A stretch of DNA of 64,000 nt, taken from Candidatus Eiseniibacteriota bacterium. GTDB lineage: Bacteria > Eisenbacteria > RBG-16-71-46. The stretch spans positions 192,001 through 256,000 of the forward strand of contig CAVZLN010000008.1 in assembly GCA_963776245.1 (NCBI GenBank), read 5' to 3'. Position numbers and translations under genes: made by a program. Of the stretch, positions 48,720-59,895 are shown in pieces (position 1 is the first letter of the stretch; the number at the start of each line of letters is the position of its first letter). The notes under the pieces are model-generated. The model was not told where the DNA came from. It saw nothing but the letters and a program-made list of their open reading frames with translations, and did no database searches.

Positions 48720-50225
48720 CTATCGCGCGGCGCGACCCCGCGGGGTCTCCTGCGCCAGCCGCAGCCTCAGGTGCCAGAGACGGACGCCGTTCAGCGCGAA
48801 GCGCTCAGCGTCCGGGTAGAGTGTATCGAATCGGCGCGCGAAGGCGCCGGACGGATCCAGGTCCTCGGTACGGCTCGCCACCACCCACACCCCGCCCGCG
48901 CCCTCCATCGCCTCGCCCATCATCCGGTCGAGGCGCTCCGGGTGCCCGATCAGCCCGAGCCACACGGCGGCCGCCGGGAGCGGACCGCGATAGTAATACG
49001 CGAGCGGGTCCTCGGTGTTAATCGAGATGATCCGCTCGTCTGCCGAGGCCCGCGCGCGCAGGATCGCGGCCGCGCCCCGGTAGTCCTCCTTGCCGTAGCG
49101 CGGATCCCAGTAGTGGTGGACGAGCGAGAGCGCCCAGAGCGCCGCCACCGCGCCGCCCAGGACCCGCCTCGTCCCCACCCGGGCATCGGCCAGCCCGGCC
49201 GCCAGCACCAGCAGGAACGCCGGCATCGCCACCATCAGGTAGCGTGGATTGAACACTTTGAAGTTCGATGCCGCCATCCACGACAGCAGGGCCGCTGGCG
49301 CCGCCATCCACAGCCACGCATCGAAGGTCCGGCCGCGTCGCGCCACCGCCCGCAGGCCGAGCAGCCCGAGCGTTCCGAACACCAGCGCCACCACTGCGAT
49401 GCCGGGCGCGTGGCGCGCGACCGTGGCCAGACCGGCGTCGGCTCGCAGCTCGCGCAGCGAGGGCCCGAGCGTGTACCCGACCGCGAACGCGTGGAGCGCG
49501 AACGGCAGCGCCGCGGCGTGGAAGGTCGTGGACCCGCGCAGCGCAAGCTCGTCCGGGGCCGGCACCCGCCCCGGGCTCAGCCGCGCCCAGTCCCAGGTGC
49601 GCGACAACTGGGGCAGGAACGGCAGGCCGACGAGCGCGAGCAGCGCGAGCACACCGGCGAGCAGCGCCAGCCGCCGCGCGCGCCCCGCGGCTCCACCCCA
49701 CCACCACCAGGCGTGCACCGGCACCACGAACAGGAAGGTCCAGTTGGAGAGCAGCCCGCCGGCGGCGGCCGCGGCGTAGCCCAGCACGGTGCGGGTCCGC
49801 GGGGCCCGGGCGAGCCCGAGCAGCGTCCCCGCGGACAGCACGGTGCAGAGCGCCAGCAGCGCGTAGTTGCGCGACTCCTGCGAGTACCACACCAGGAACG
49901 GGGAGCCTGCGGTCAGCCAGGCCGCCGGCAGGGCGGTCTCGCGCCCGAGCCAGCGCCCGGCGAGCCACGCCATGGCCGGCACGGTGGCGATGCCGAACAG
50001 CGCCGAGGGCAGGCGCATCGCCCACTCCGAGTCGCCCGCCACGCGGGTCCAGGCATGCACGATCACGCTGAAGAGCGGGCCGTGGAGCTCGTGGACCAGG
50101 TCGGCGAAGAGGAACGGACGGCCGACGCTGGCGTTCACCCAGGTGAGCACCTCGTCGATCCACAGACTCTGCGAACCGAGGCGGAACAGGCGCAGCGCCG
50201 CCGCCACCAGGATGGCGGCAGCCAA
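48720..50225 (-). CDS. Glycosyltransferase family 39 (GT-C) membrane protein; start uncertain
   Basis: LGSQSLWIDE, HGPLF, SEWAMRLPS, YSQESRNY and PRY motifs. Confidence 0.85.
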   Translation of the reverse strand: MAAAILVAAALRLFRLGSQSLWIDEVLTWVNASVGRPFLFADLVHELHGPLFSVIVHAWTRVAGDSEWAMRLPSALFGIATVPAMAWLAGRWLGRETALPAAWLTAGSPFLVWYSQESRNYALLALCTVLSAGTLLGLARAPRTRTVLGYAAAAAGGLLSNWTFLFVVPVHAWWWWGGAAGRARRLALLAGVLALLALVGLPFLPQLSRTWDWARLSPGRVPAPDELALRGSTTFHAAALPFALHAFAVGYTLGPSLRELRADAGLATVARHAPGIAVVALVFGTLGLLGLRAVARRGRTFDAWLWMAAPAALLSWMAASNFKVFNPRYLMVAMPAFLLVLAAGLADARVGTRRVLGGAVAALWALSLVHHYWDPRYGKEDYRGAAAILRARASADERIISINTEDPLAYYYRGPLPAAAVWLGLIGHPERLDRMMGEAMEGAGGVWVVASRTEDLDPSGAFARRFDTLYPDAERFALNGVRLWHLRLRLAQETPRGRAAR

Positions 50226-50460
50226 CCAGCGGTGGAAGACCGGATCAGGGGTGGAAGGCAGGGAGGTCGGATGGCGGTCCGGGCGGGCGTCCGATGGGTC
50301 TCGCGTCGCGGCTCTCCCGACCGGGCGGTGTCGGAGTGCCCGATCGCGGCGTCAGGTTGGGTCGCTTCTCGATGCGGCGCGCCCCATGTCGCGACGCGCT
50401 CGCCGCTCCTTCGCCGGCACCGCCGGCGCGGGCCACCGTACCCGGAACTCCCTCCGCCGC

Positions 50461-51408
50461 CTAGTAGGCACCCTCGCGGGAGATCACGGCGGGGATGGTG
50501 CGAAGCAGGATCTTGAGGTCCATCGCGAAGGAGCGGTTCCGGATGTACTCGAGGTCGAGCCGCATCCATTCCTGGAAACCGATGCGGCTGCGTCCGCTGA
50601 TCTGCCACAGGCAGGTGATGCCGGGGGCGACATCGAGCCGGTGCATCTGCCACGGCTCGTACTTCGCGACTTCCTCCGGGATCGGAGGACGCGGCCCCAC
50701 CAGGCTCATCTCGCCCCGCAGCACGTTGATGAACTGGGGGATCTCGTCGACCGAGGTCCGTCGCAGCAGCCGGCCGATGCGCGTCACGCGCGGGTCCTGG
50801 CTGATCTTGAACACCGGGCCATCGCACTCGTTGAGGTGGGCGACGCGGTGCCGCATGTGCTCGGCGTCGTTCACCATCGAGCGCAGCTTGAAGAAGATGA
50901 ACGGTCGTCCGCCGCGCCCGATGCGGGTCGAGCGGTAGATGACCGGACCGCGCGATTCGAGCTTGATGAGGAGGGCCGCGATCGCGAGCACCGGCAGGGC
51001 GAAGCCCAGTGCCACCAGCGCGCCGAGCAGGTCGAGCGCCCGCTTGCCGCTCCGCAGGTAGAAGCCCTCGGTGCGCGCCGGGGCGCCGGGAAGCAGGTCG
51101 AGAGCGGCCGCGGGAGGCCCGGCGAGCACGAGCGTGGGACGGACGTGGCCGTTGTGATGACCGTTCGTCCCGCCGTTCGCGTGGACGGCACGATGGAGCG
51201 CGCCCGCGGCATGGCCGTTGGCGTGTCCGCGAGCGTCACCGTTCGTGGCGGGCTCGGCCGTGACCGCGGGCGTGGACACCGGGCTGGCAGTCGCGCTGGC
51301 GCTCATGTTCTCCACGGAAAGATCGAGGACCGAATGGTCCCACCCAGCGGTCTGATCGGGACCGCCGGACAATCGCGGACTGGGCTTCGCGAGGATGTCG
51401 GGCTCCAT
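50461..51408 (-). CDS. Bacterial sugar transferase (polyprenyl-phosphate priming glycosylphosphotransferase)
   Basis: KRALD, FKLRSM, DPRVTRIG..LRRTSVDEIPQFINVLRGEMSLVGPRP and PGIT motifs. Confidence 0.94.
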   Translation of the reverse strand: MEPDILAKPSPRLSGGPDQTAGWDHSVLDLSVENMSASATASPVSTPAVTAEPATNGDARGHANGHAAGALHRAVHANGGTNGHHNGHVRPTLVLAGPPAAALDLLPGAPARTEGFYLRSGKRALDLLGALVALGFALPVLAIAALLIKLESRGPVIYRSTRIGRGGRPFIFFKLRSMVNDAEHMRHRVAHLNECDGPVFKISQDPRVTRIGRLLRRTSVDEIPQFINVLRGEMSLVGPRPPIPEEVAKYEPWQMHRLDVAPGITCLWQISGRSRIGFQEWMRLDLEYIRNRSFAMDLKILLRTIPAVISREGAY

Positions 51409-51435
51409 GACGCCGATCTCTAGTTGAGTCGCCCG

Positions 51436-51472
51436 AAAATAATGCCGAAGGGAACGCTTCAGTCCCTTCGGC
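51436..51472 (-). terminator. Terminator-like hairpin in the leader of the leftward glycan operon
   Basis: Minus strand reads GCCGAAGGGA-N9-TCCCTTCGGC then ATTATTTT, ending 28 nt before the ATG at 51408. Confidence 0.55.
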
Positions 51473-51881
51473 TCAAAGCTCTCGCTTCATCCGTTCGAAC
51501 TGGGTCGAGGACTTGTCGAGCACGAGCGACGGGGGAAACACCAAGATGTCGATCCTCGGATGCTGTTCCCGGCTTGTGGCCGGTCGACCAGCCCACGCTT
51601 CCCGCGTGGAACCGGCCTGCTTGGCTCGTTTGTACGGGTACCCAGTTAGCGAAGTCCCAGAGGCGATCTCCTCCGTTGCCGGCGCGAACTGCTTCTTGCG
51701 GCTGCAAAGACATTAGCAAAACCATGACAGCCGAATCAAGCACTGGATTCGGCGGTCCCTCCGGCCGAATCCTCCCCCGGGGCGGGGCCCGGCGGGCCGT
51801 GCTAGAGTCGGTCCCGGCGGTCTCGGTCGGCCCCCCCTTCCCCAGTCCAAGTCGCACCCCCCAGACCCGGCAGGAGGTCTC

Positions 51882-52649
51882 TTGAGCAGCCTCTGGCTCG
51901 CCCTTCCCGCGTACAACGAGGAGAAGTCCCTTCCCGCGCTGCTCGAGCGCTGCGTCCCGGTGGCCAAGGCGCTGGAGGCCAGCGGCCTGCGGCTTTCGGT
52001 CATCGTGGTCGACGACGGCAGCAAGGACGGGACGATCGCCGCGGCCAGGGCCTTCGAGGGTCGGCTCGCGATCGAGGTCGTCCCGCATGTCGTGAATCAG
52101 GGCCTCGGGGCCGCGCTGCGCACCTGCCTGAGATCCGCCCTGGAGCGGGCCGGGGACGGCGATGCCATCGCCACCATGGACGCCGACAACACCCACGATC
52201 CCGCGCTGCTGGTGGAGATGCACCGCAGGCTGCTCGGGGCTCCGGCCGATCTCGTCATCGCCTCCCGGTACACCCCGGGCGGGGACGAGGTCGGGCTCAC
52301 CCCGCTCCGCAAGGTGCTTTCGCGCGGCGCGTCGTTCCTGCTCACCCTGGTGGCGCCGGTGCACGGCGCGCGCGACTACACCTGCGGCTTCCGGCTCTAC
52401 CGCGAGTCGCTGCTGCGCAGCGCGGCGCGGGCGTGGGGCGAGCGGCTGGTCGAGGAGGCCGGGTTCACCTGCATGGCCGAGGTCCTGCTCAAGCTCGGTC
52501 GCGGCGGGGCCCGTGTGACCGAGGCGCCGCTGGTGCTCCGCTACGATCTCAAGGAGGGCGCCAGCAAGATGAAGATCATGCGCACCATCACCCGGTATTT
52601 CGCCCTGGCGTGGCGCATCCGCAGCGGACCGCTGCCCCGCCTCGCGTGA
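51882..52649 (+). CDS. Glycosyltransferase family 2 (DPM1-like polyprenyl-phosphate sugar synthase)
   Basis: PAYNEE, VDDGSKDGT, MDADNTHDP, IASRY and DYTCGFR; TTG start after AGGAGGT. Confidence 0.9.
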   Translation: MSSLWLALPAYNEEKSLPALLERCVPVAKALEASGLRLSVIVVDDGSKDGTIAAARAFEGRLAIEVVPHVVNQGLGAALRTCLRSALERAGDGDAIATMDADNTHDPALLVEMHRRLLGAPADLVIASRYTPGGDEVGLTPLRKVLSRGASFLLTLVAPVHGARDYTCGFRLYRESLLRSAARAWGERLVEEAGFTCMAEVLLKLGRGGARVTEAPLVLRYDLKEGASKMKIMRTITRYFALAWRIRSGPLPRLA

Positions 52650-52831
52650 CGCCCGACGCCCGGCGGCGATGCATCCCGCACGACCGCGAAGATTCTGCAA
52701 CGCGTTGTGGCCCAGCCGACTCTTGCCACGGCTGACAGGCCGCTGATAGTCTTTTCAAGCCCCTGCAAGGGCGGCCCGCCCGGCACTCCGGGCGGCCAGC
52801 CCTCGACCCACCCCGGAACCCCTGCTCCCCC

Positions 52832-53506
52832 ATGCACCGAGACCTGAAGCTGAGCGTCGTCATCCCCTGCTACAACGAGGAGGAGGGAGTCCGCCTCGTC
52901 ATCGACCGGACTCCGAAGATCGTCGACGAGATCGTGGTGGTGGACAACAACTGCACCGACCGCACCGCGGAGGTCGCGCGTGCGCTCGGCGCCGTGGTGG
53001 TGGCGGAGAAGACCCCCGGCTACGGCGCGGCCTACAAGCGTGGGCTGAATGCCGCCACCGGCGACATCATCATCACGTTCGACGGCGATGGCACCTACCC
53101 GCCCGAGGACATCCCACGCCTGGTGGATGAACTGGTGGACAGGAACTGGGACTTCCTCTCGGCGTCGCGCTTCCCGCTGGTGGATCCGAAGGCCATGCCG
53201 TTCACGAACCGGCTCGGCAACTGGGTGCTCACGATCGCCGCCGCGGTGCTGTTCTTCAAGCCCATCCGCGACAGCCAGTCGGGGATGTGGGTGTTCAAGC
53301 GCGCCATGCTCGGCCGCCTGAAGCTGACGTCCGACGGGATGGCGTTCAGCGAGGAGATCAAGCTCGAAGCCCTGATGCGCGGCCTGCGATTCGGGGAAGG
53401 GCACATCCCCTACGGGGCCCGCGTCGGTGAGGTGAAGCTCGAGAAGTGGAAGGACGGCTGGGAGAATCTCGCGTTCCTCGTCCGCAAGCGTTTCGGAGCG
53501 GTATGA
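52832..53506 (+). CDS. Glycosyltransferase family 2 (DPM1-like)
   Basis: PCYNEE, VDNNCTDRT, GYGAAY, DGDGTYP, DSQSGM and RVGEVKL motifs. Confidence 0.92.
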   Translation: MHRDLKLSVVIPCYNEEEGVRLVIDRTPKIVDEIVVVDNNCTDRTAEVARALGAVVVAEKTPGYGAAYKRGLNAATGDIIITFDGDGTYPPEDIPRLVDELVDRNWDFLSASRFPLVDPKAMPFTNRLGNWVLTIAAAVLFFKPIRDSQSGMWVFKRAMLGRLKLTSDGMAFSEEIKLEALMRGLRFGEGHIPYGARVGEVKLEKWKDGWENLAFLVRKRFGAV

Positions 53507-54942
53507 GCCGGATGGAGCGCCGCGCGGACTCGGTGGCCCGCGAGCCTCGCGACATCCTCCCCGTCGTGCTGGGCGTGCTGGTGGTGCTGGCCGCGGGCCT
53601 GATGGCCGGGCTCCAGTACGCCGCCCCGGACAAACGCGTGATCGCCGTGATCGCTGCGATGCTGATGTTCGGCATCGCGTGGCGGATCGACATGACGTCG
53701 GGCATCGGGCTGCTGGTGTTCGCGCTCCCCTTCCCCCGCGGCACGGTGTTCGGCAACACCAACTTCGCCCTCATCCTGCTCCTGCTCGTCATCTGGCTGC
53801 TGCGCACCTCCCAGCGCCAGAGCCCCGCGCTGCGCCGAACCCCGATCGACGCGCCCCTCGGCGCGTTCGTGATCGTCTGGATCGTGTCCTTCTACAACAT
53901 CCAGCGCCCCGAGATCCTGAAGCCGGCGCTCCTGAACACCCAGTTGCTGGTCGCCTGCATCCTGATGTTCTACCTGATCGTGAGCAACGTGCGGACCGAG
54001 CGCGACCTCCAGCGGCTGCACGCCTTCCAGCTCGTGTCGCTCACGGCCGTGGCGCTGGTCGGGGTCTACGAGCTCACCACGCCCGGCGCCTCGCTCTTCC
54101 CGGGCTGGATCTACTTCCCGGGCGCTTCGAGCGCGGAGATGGGCCTCCACAACTTCCGCATCGGCGGCCCGTTCTTCGACTACGAACTGTTCGGGGAGTA
54201 CGCCGCCGTCAACCTGCCGCTGGCGGTGTTCGCGTTCACGCGCGCGCGCAGCATGCTGCTGCGCGTGGCGACCGGCGGTGTGGCCCTGCTCACCATCTTC
54301 ATCCTGTTCGCCACGGTGACCCGCGGGGCCATGATGGCGCTGGGCGCTGGCGTCCTCTATCTCACCTGGATCGTGCGCCGGCGTCTCCGCGTGGTGCCGT
54401 TCACGATCGTCCTCGCCGCCCTCGTGGTGGGCTTCCTCGCCATGGACTTCTTCGTCGCGAACTACACCCGCTCGGGCTCCATGCTGGAGCGGCTGGTCGG
54501 CACCGAGTTCAAGGGCCTCGTGCCGGAAAGCCGCGAGCGGGCGTGGCGGGACGGCTGGGACCGCTTCCTGCTCCATCCCATCCTCGGGCATGGCCCGTTC
54601 TACGCCGGGCAGATCGGGACGCGCACCTATTTCTGGCCGCACAGCGGCTACCTGCTGATCGCCAACCTGGTGGGCTCGGTGGGACTCGGGTTCTTCCTCT
54701 GGCTGCTGTTCCGGCTGTGGCAGTGCACGCGGCCGTCCGTGGACACCCTCGATGATCCGTCCTATGCGCGCTCCTACCTGGTGATCGCGCACACCCAGCT
54801 CATCATCTTCATGGCGGACCAGATCAAGATCGAGTTCCTGAGGAATCCCAGCTATCAGTTCCAGGTGTGGATGTACTTCGCGATCTGGGTGTCGGCGTAT
54901 TTCGTGGCGCGCTCGCTCCCCGCATCGCCGAGCGGCCGGTGA
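53503..54942 (+). CDS. O-antigen ligase / Wzy polymerase family membrane protein
   Basis: About 12 TM segments; RIGGPF, TVTRG, SRERAW...HPILGHG and PHSGYL motifs. Confidence 0.82.
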   Translation: MSRMERRADSVAREPRDILPVVLGVLVVLAAGLMAGLQYAAPDKRVIAVIAAMLMFGIAWRIDMTSGIGLLVFALPFPRGTVFGNTNFALILLLLVIWLLRTSQRQSPALRRTPIDAPLGAFVIVWIVSFYNIQRPEILKPALLNTQLLVACILMFYLIVSNVRTERDLQRLHAFQLVSLTAVALVGVYELTTPGASLFPGWIYFPGASSAEMGLHNFRIGGPFFDYELFGEYAAVNLPLAVFAFTRARSMLLRVATGGVALLTIFILFATVTRGAMMALGAGVLYLTWIVRRRLRVVPFTIVLAALVVGFLAMDFFVANYTRSGSMLERLVGTEFKGLVPESRERAWRDGWDRFLLHPILGHGPFYAGQIGTRTYFWPHSGYLLIANLVGSVGLGFFLWLLFRLWQCTRPSVDTLDDPSYARSYLVIAHTQLIIFMADQIKIEFLRNPSYQFQVWMYFAIWVSAYFVARSLPASPSGR

Positions 54943-56297
54943 GCGCGCGCGCGGCGCTCCAGCGCCTCGCCATCCCGCTCAAGCGCAGCGCGCTCGGCGA
55001 GGATCTGGTGCGGCGGAACCCGCTCTGGTACCCGGCCGCGGCGCGGCACTTCACGCGGCTGCTCGCCGCGCCGCTCGAGCAGCGGCGCGTCTGGGACGCG
55101 CGCGCCCTGCAGCGCGCGCTGGCACGCGCCGCGCGCACGCCGTACGGCCGGCGCGTCGGCGGCGGGGCGGACCTCGCGTCGTGGCCGCTGCTCGCGCCCG
55201 CCACGGTGCGGGATGCGCCCGGCGAGGTGATGCATCCCGGTCCGCTCTCGCTCCCCGCGGCGACGGGAGGCACGACCGGCGTGCCGCTGCCCCTGGTCCG
55301 CTCGCCCCGCTCCGTCGCGGTGGAGCAGGCGGCCATCGACCACCTGCTGCGCGCGCACGGCGTGGACCCGCGACGCGCGCGCGTCTGCGTGCTGCGCGGG
55401 GACGACGTAAAGGACCCGGCCGACCGCACGGCGCCGTTCTGGGTGGATGCCTCCGACGGCCGGCGCCGCATCTTCTCGTCCAACCACCTCGCGGCCGACA
55501 CCGTGACGGCCTACGTCGAATCGCTGGTCGCCTTCCGCGCCGACTACTGGTGGGTGTACCCGAGCGCGCTCGAGTCGCTGCTGCGACGGATGACCGCGGC
55601 CGGTCTCCGGGCGACCGTGCCCTTGTTGCTGGCGTCCTCCGAACGACTGTCGCCGGCGGTGAACCGCCAGGCGCGCGCCGCCCTCGGCTGCGCCGTGATC
55701 GACTACTACGGCCAGGCCGAGCGCGTGGCGTTCGCGTGGTGCGAGGACCCGGGGACGTGGCGGTTCCTGCCCGGGTACGCCCACGTCGAACTGGTGCCGC
55801 ATCCGGATTCGGGCGACGGCCTCCGCTACGAGATCGTGGGCACGCCGTTCTGGAACGCGAGCATGCCGCTGGTGCGATATCGCACCGGTGACCTGGTGCG
55901 GTTCGACACCGCGCCCGATGCCGCGGCGCTGGAGGAGATCGCCCTCGGGGTCCGGGCGTTCCCGGGCGTGCTCGGTCGCGACGGCGACATCCTGGTGGCC
56001 CCGGACGGCACCCATCTCACCGGCATCGACCACTTCCACCGCGGCGTGGACCGCGTGATGCGGATCCAGGTGGTCCACGAGCGCCCCGACCTCGTCCTCG
56101 TCCGGGTCCTGCCCGCCGCCGGCTTCGGAGCGCCGGAGCGCGCCGCGATCCTCGCCAACGCCCGCCGGAAGCTCCCCCCTTCGATGCGGGTCGAGGTGGA
56201 GCTGGCCGACGTCCTGGAGCGCACCGCGCTCGGCAAGACGCCCTTCGTGCTGCGCCGGCCCGGGGTCCCGGGGCCGTCGCACGGCGTCGCGCGATGA
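54939..56297 (+). CDS. Phenylacetate-CoA ligase family (CapK-like) adenylating enzyme
   Basis: [32 protein letters not shown] and RTALGK motifs. Confidence 0.85.
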   Translation: MSARAALQRLAIPLKRSALGEDLVRRNPLWYPAAARHFTRLLAAPLEQRRVWDARALQRALARAARTPYGRRVGGGADLASWPLLAPATVRDAPGEVMHPGPLSLPAATGGTTGVPLPLVRSPRSVAVEQAAIDHLLRAHGVDPRRARVCVLRGDDVKDPADRTAPFWVDASDGRRRIFSSNHLAADTVTAYVESLVAFRADYWWVYPSALESLLRRMTAAGLRATVPLLLASSERLSPAVNRQARAALGCAVIDYYGQAERVAFAWCEDPGTWRFLPGYAHVELVPHPDSGDGLRYEIVGTPFWNASMPLVRYRTGDLVRFDTAPDAAALEEIALGVRAFPGVLGRDGDILVAPDGTHLTGIDHFHRGVDRVMRIQVVHERPDLVLVRVLPAAGFGAPERAAILANARRKLPPSMRVEVELADVLERTALGKTPFVLRRPGVPGPSHGVAR

Positions 56298-57316
56298 CCT
56301 CGGTGCGGGGGTTCGCGCCCGCGGATCGCGGACGCTGGGACGCCTATGTGGCCGGCGCCCCGGGCGCCCACTTCGCCCAGCGCGCAGCGTGGAAGGACGT
56401 GACCGAGCGCGGCTACGGCGCGCGCGCACGCTGGTGGCTGGCCGAGCGCGAGGGACGGGTGACGGGCGTGCTGCCGTTGTTCGAGGCGCGCGGGCTCACC
56501 GGCGAGCGGCGGCTGTTCTCGGCGCCCGGGGGGCTGCTCGCGGACGACGCGTCCACCGCGGCGGGCCTGCTCGAGCCGGCACGCGAGGCCGTCGCCCGCG
56601 AGGGCCACGCCCTGCTGGAACTGCGCGACCAGCGCCATCGTTGGCCCGGGCTCGTCACCGTCGAGGAGCACGTGACCATGGAGCTCGCGCTCCCGCCCGA
56701 CCCCGCGATGTTGTGGAAGGCGTTCGACGCCAAGCTGCGCAATCAGATCCGCAAGGGCGAGAAGTCGGGCCTCACAGCGCGTTGGGGCCGCGATGGCGCC
56801 GCGTTCCACCGCGTGCTGCTCGAGAACATGCGCGACCTCGGCACCCCGATCCTGGGGCCGGAGTACTTCCGCGGCGTGCTGGACGCGTACGGCGAGGACG
56901 CGGGCGTGCTGGTGGTCGAGGCCGGGGGCGAGCCGGCCGGCACCATGTTCGTGATCGAGCATGCCGGCGTGGCGGCCGACCCATGGGCGTCGTCGCTGCG
57001 CCGCTTCTTCGCGCTCTGCCCCAATCAGGTGGTCTACTGGGAGGCGCTCCGGCGCGCCATCGCGCGGGGGATGACCCGCTTCGACTTCGGCCGCAGCCAG
57101 CCGGGGTCGGGCACGTTCCGATTCAAGGAACAGTGGCTCGCGCGGCCGGTCCCGCTGTACTACCAGTACGTGCTGGGCTCCGCGGCGCGGCCCCCCACGC
57201 TGGAGGACCAGAAGCATGCGTTCGCGCTCGCGGTGCGGCTCTGGCAGCACCTGCCCGTGCCGGTCGCGGGGACGCTGGGGCGGCAGGTGAAGCGCCTGTT
57301 CCCCGAGGCGCTGTGA
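56294..57316 (+). CDS. FemAB-like GNAT protein (type found in XrtA/PEP-CTERM EPS loci)
   Basis: [22 protein letters not shown] and [17 protein letters not shown] motifs. Confidence 0.85.
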   Translation: MTSVRGFAPADRGRWDAYVAGAPGAHFAQRAAWKDVTERGYGARARWWLAEREGRVTGVLPLFEARGLTGERRLFSAPGGLLADDASTAAGLLEPAREAVAREGHALLELRDQRHRWPGLVTVEEHVTMELALPPDPAMLWKAFDAKLRNQIRKGEKSGLTARWGRDGAAFHRVLLENMRDLGTPILGPEYFRGVLDAYGEDAGVLVVEAGGEPAGTMFVIEHAGVAADPWASSLRRFFALCPNQVVYWEALRRAIARGMTRFDFGRSQPGSGTFRFKEQWLARPVPLYYQYVLGSAARPPTLEDQKHAFALAVRLWQHLPVPVAGTLGRQVKRLFPEAL

Positions 57317-57351
57317 CGGCGCGCCACGGCGCGCCGGGGAAGGTGGACGAT

Positions 57352-57852
57352 ATGAGGATCACGGGCCGGACCGACCGCCGGGAATACGAGCGTCGCATCG
57401 CGCCCCGCAGCCTGCTGCGCGTGTTCTGGCAGAAGCAGCTCCACATGATCGCGCGCTTCTGCATCCCCGGCGAGCCGCGCGTGGCGCTCTACCGCGCGAT
57501 GGGCATGGAGATCGGCCGTCACGTCTACATCGGGATGGACAGCTGGCTCGACGACCAGTTCCCCGAGCTCATCCGCATCGAGGACGACGTCGTGATCTCG
57601 TTCCGCGTCACGGTCGTCGTGCACGACGACGCGCGGCGCATGGACCGCATCGAGCCCGGCCAGCTCGAGGGCACGGTGGCGCCGGTGGTGCTGAAGCGCG
57701 GCTGCTACCTGGGGGCGGGCGCGCTGGTGCTGCCCGGCATCACGGTGGGCGAGCGCGCGGTGGTGGCGGCGGGCGCGGTGGTGACCCGCGACGTGCCACC
57801 GGGGACGGTGGTGGCGGGAGTGCCCGCCCGCGTCATCCGGGAACTCGCGTGA
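57352..57852 (+). CDS. Hexapeptide-repeat (LbH) O-acyltransferase
   Basis: [30 protein letters not shown]...GVPARVIR; alternative GTG at 57313. Confidence 0.9.
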   Translation: MRITGRTDRREYERRIAPRSLLRVFWQKQLHMIARFCIPGEPRVALYRAMGMEIGRHVYIGMDSWLDDQFPELIRIEDDVVISFRVTVVVHDDARRMDRIEPGQLEGTVAPVVLKRGCYLGAGALVLPGITVGERAVVAAGAVVTRDVPPGTVVAGVPARVIRELA

Positions 57853-59879
57853 GACGCCTGCCCCCGGTGGTGCCGCTGCTCACGGCCGGGGTGGTCGTCG
57901 GGTGGCTGCTGCCGGGGACTCCCGGGGCGTGGGGGGTGTTCCCGTTGCTGGGCTTCTTCCCCGGACTCGCGGCGGCCCGGCTGCTGCCGCTCGAGAGCGG
58001 TGCGCTCGCGCGCTGGGCGCTGGGGCTGGCGGCCTCCCCGCTGGTGGCCACGGTGGCGGCGCTGGCGCTGGTGGGGGCCGGTCTGCCGCTGCCGGCCGCG
58101 GGGCGCGTGGTGGCCGCGCTGGCGTGGGCGCTGTGGGTGGCGCTCGAATGGCGCGCCTCCCGTCCAGCCGCCGGCCCGCCGGCCGGGCCCGAACGCTTCC
58201 TGTGGGCCTGGGCCATCGGCGGCGCGCTGGTGGTCGCGATCGTGATGTTCGCGAATCCCCACCTGCGGCTGCGGGGGGACGCGTGGGTGCACGGGGGCAT
58301 CGTGTGGGAGATCATCGAGCGGGGCCTCCCGCCCCAGGACCCGCGCTTCGCCGGGCTCACCCTCAACTACGTATGGTGTTTCAACTGCTTCGTCGCATTG
58401 CTCGCCACGCTGCGCGGCGGCGATCCGTTCACCTTCATGGCGATCTCGAACGCCGCCAGCCTGTTCGCCGTCCTCGCGCTCGGGGCGCTGCTCGCGCGCG
58501 CGGTGTGGGGCGGGGCGCGCGCCGCGGTGGGCGGCGCGGTGCTGCTCGGCCTCGCGTACAACGCCGGGGTCTGGATGCTGTGGCCCCTGCGGCTGGTGCG
58601 CGCGTTCGTGGGCCACGACCGCGGCCCCGCCGCGCTGGCGAGCGAGTTCGCCCAGAGCCACTGGAGCGACGCGCTGGTCATCTTCTCGCTCAACGCGCCG
58701 TTCTCGTTCATGGCGAGCTTCCTCGACAAGTTCCTCCACGGCACGGCGATCAATATCGCCTACGCGATGATGCTGGTGTACCTGTGGGCGATGGTGCGGG
58801 CGCTCGACGGGGCGCGGTGGGCGGCCTGGGGGTGGGGGGCGGCCGCGGTGAGCGCGATGCTGCTGTTCCACGGGGTGGTCGGGCTGTCCGTGGCCCCGGT
58901 GGCGATCGGCACGCTGGCGCTGGCGTGGGTGCTCGCCGGGCGGCTGCCGTGGCTGCCCGCGCGCGCGCGCCTGGCGTCCTTCGCGGTCGCCACCGGGGCG
59001 GGAGCGCTGCTCGCCACGCCCTACACGCTGGCGATCTCCCGCGGCTGGGCCTCGTCGAAGTCGGGGCTGAAGCACTCCTACCTGCACGTCGATCCCGCGA
59101 TGCTGTGGACCATCGTCACCGCGCTCGCGGTCGCGCTCTGGTTCGCCCGCGGGCCGCTCCGGCGCGTGGTCCGGGAACGACGCGGGGTCGCAGCGGTCCT
59201 GGCGCTCTACGCGGCCGGCATGATCGCGTTCGCGTGCGTCGTCTCGCTGCCGCTCGGGAATCACGTGAAGTTCGTGTTCCAGGCGTTCGCCGCGCTCGCG
59301 GTGCTGGGGAGCGTGGGATTCCATGATGAGCTCGCGGCGTGGCGCCGCGTCCTCGGCCGCGCGGGAGCGGCGGCGGTGTTCGCGCTGGTGCTGTGCGCTC
59401 CCGCGGCGCTCACCGTGCGCGGCTACCTGCTCGACCGCCCCGAGGCCGGCACCCCCGAGGCTCCCCGCGGCCCGGGCGAGGAGGCGCTCTACGCGTGGAT
59501 GCGGGAGAACCTCCCGGTGGACGCGGTGGTGGTGGATGACCGCTACCGCGCGCTGGTCATGGTCGAGGCGCGCCGGCAGATGCTGCTGGGGGACTTCTCG
59601 GGCCCGGAGCGCGCCGCCTATCCGCTCGACCAGGTGCTCGAGCGCCGCGCCGTGATGGCCGACCTGTACGGACCGGCCGACTCGCTGGAGCGCGACGTCG
59701 CGCTGCTCGCCCGACTGCATCGCCCCGCCTACGTGCTGGTGCGGGAATCCGACTTCGCGGCCCCGGGGTCGTCCCGGCCGCGGCTCGGAGCGCATCCGGA
59801 CCGGTTCGAAGGCGTCTACAGCCGCGACGGGTTCGTCGTCTATCATGTGAGCCGCCGTGTGGCCCCACCCACGCGATGA
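57849..59879 (+). CDS. Multi-pass membrane protein, probable GT-C-like transferase
   Basis: [20 protein letters not shown] and [12 protein letters not shown]; more than 12 TM segments. Confidence 0.68.
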   Translation: MRRLPPVVPLLTAGVVVGWLLPGTPGAWGVFPLLGFFPGLAAARLLPLESGALARWALGLAASPLVATVAALALVGAGLPLPAAGRVVAALAWALWVALEWRASRPAAGPPAGPERFLWAWAIGGALVVAIVMFANPHLRLRGDAWVHGGIVWEIIERGLPPQDPRFAGLTLNYVWCFNCFVALLATLRGGDPFTFMAISNAASLFAVLALGALLARAVWGGARAAVGGAVLLGLAYNAGVWMLWPLRLVRAFVGHDRGPAALASEFAQSHWSDALVIFSLNAPFSFMASFLDKFLHGTAINIAYAMMLVYLWAMVRALDGARWAAWGWGAAAVSAMLLFHGVVGLSVAPVAIGTLALAWVLAGRLPWLPARARLASFAVATGAGALLATPYTLAISRGWASSKSGLKHSYLHVDPAMLWTIVTALAVALWFARGPLRRVVRERRGVAAVLALYAAGMIAFACVVSLPLGNHVKFVFQAFAALAVLGSVGFHDELAAWRRVLGRAGAAAVFALVLCAPAALTVRGYLLDRPEAGTPEAPRGPGEEALYAWMRENLPVDAVVVDDRYRALVMVEARRQMLLGDFSGPERAAYPLDQVLERRAVMADLYGPADSLERDVALLARLHRPAYVLVRESDFAAPGSSRPRLGAHPDRFEGVYSRDGFVVYHVSRRVAPPTR

Positions 59880-59895
59880 CCGGAGAACCAGGACC

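Noticed and set aside
51459..51727. Minus-strand ORF (MVLLMSLQPQ...) in the glycan operon leader
   Set aside because: It has no recognisable domain or RBS, atypical codon usage, and its stop falls inside the hairpin. Not excluded, but unsupported.
51714..51732. Sigma54 promoter (CTGTCATGGTTTTGCT, minus strand)
   Set aside because: It lacks the invariant GG at -24 with correct spacing to the GC.
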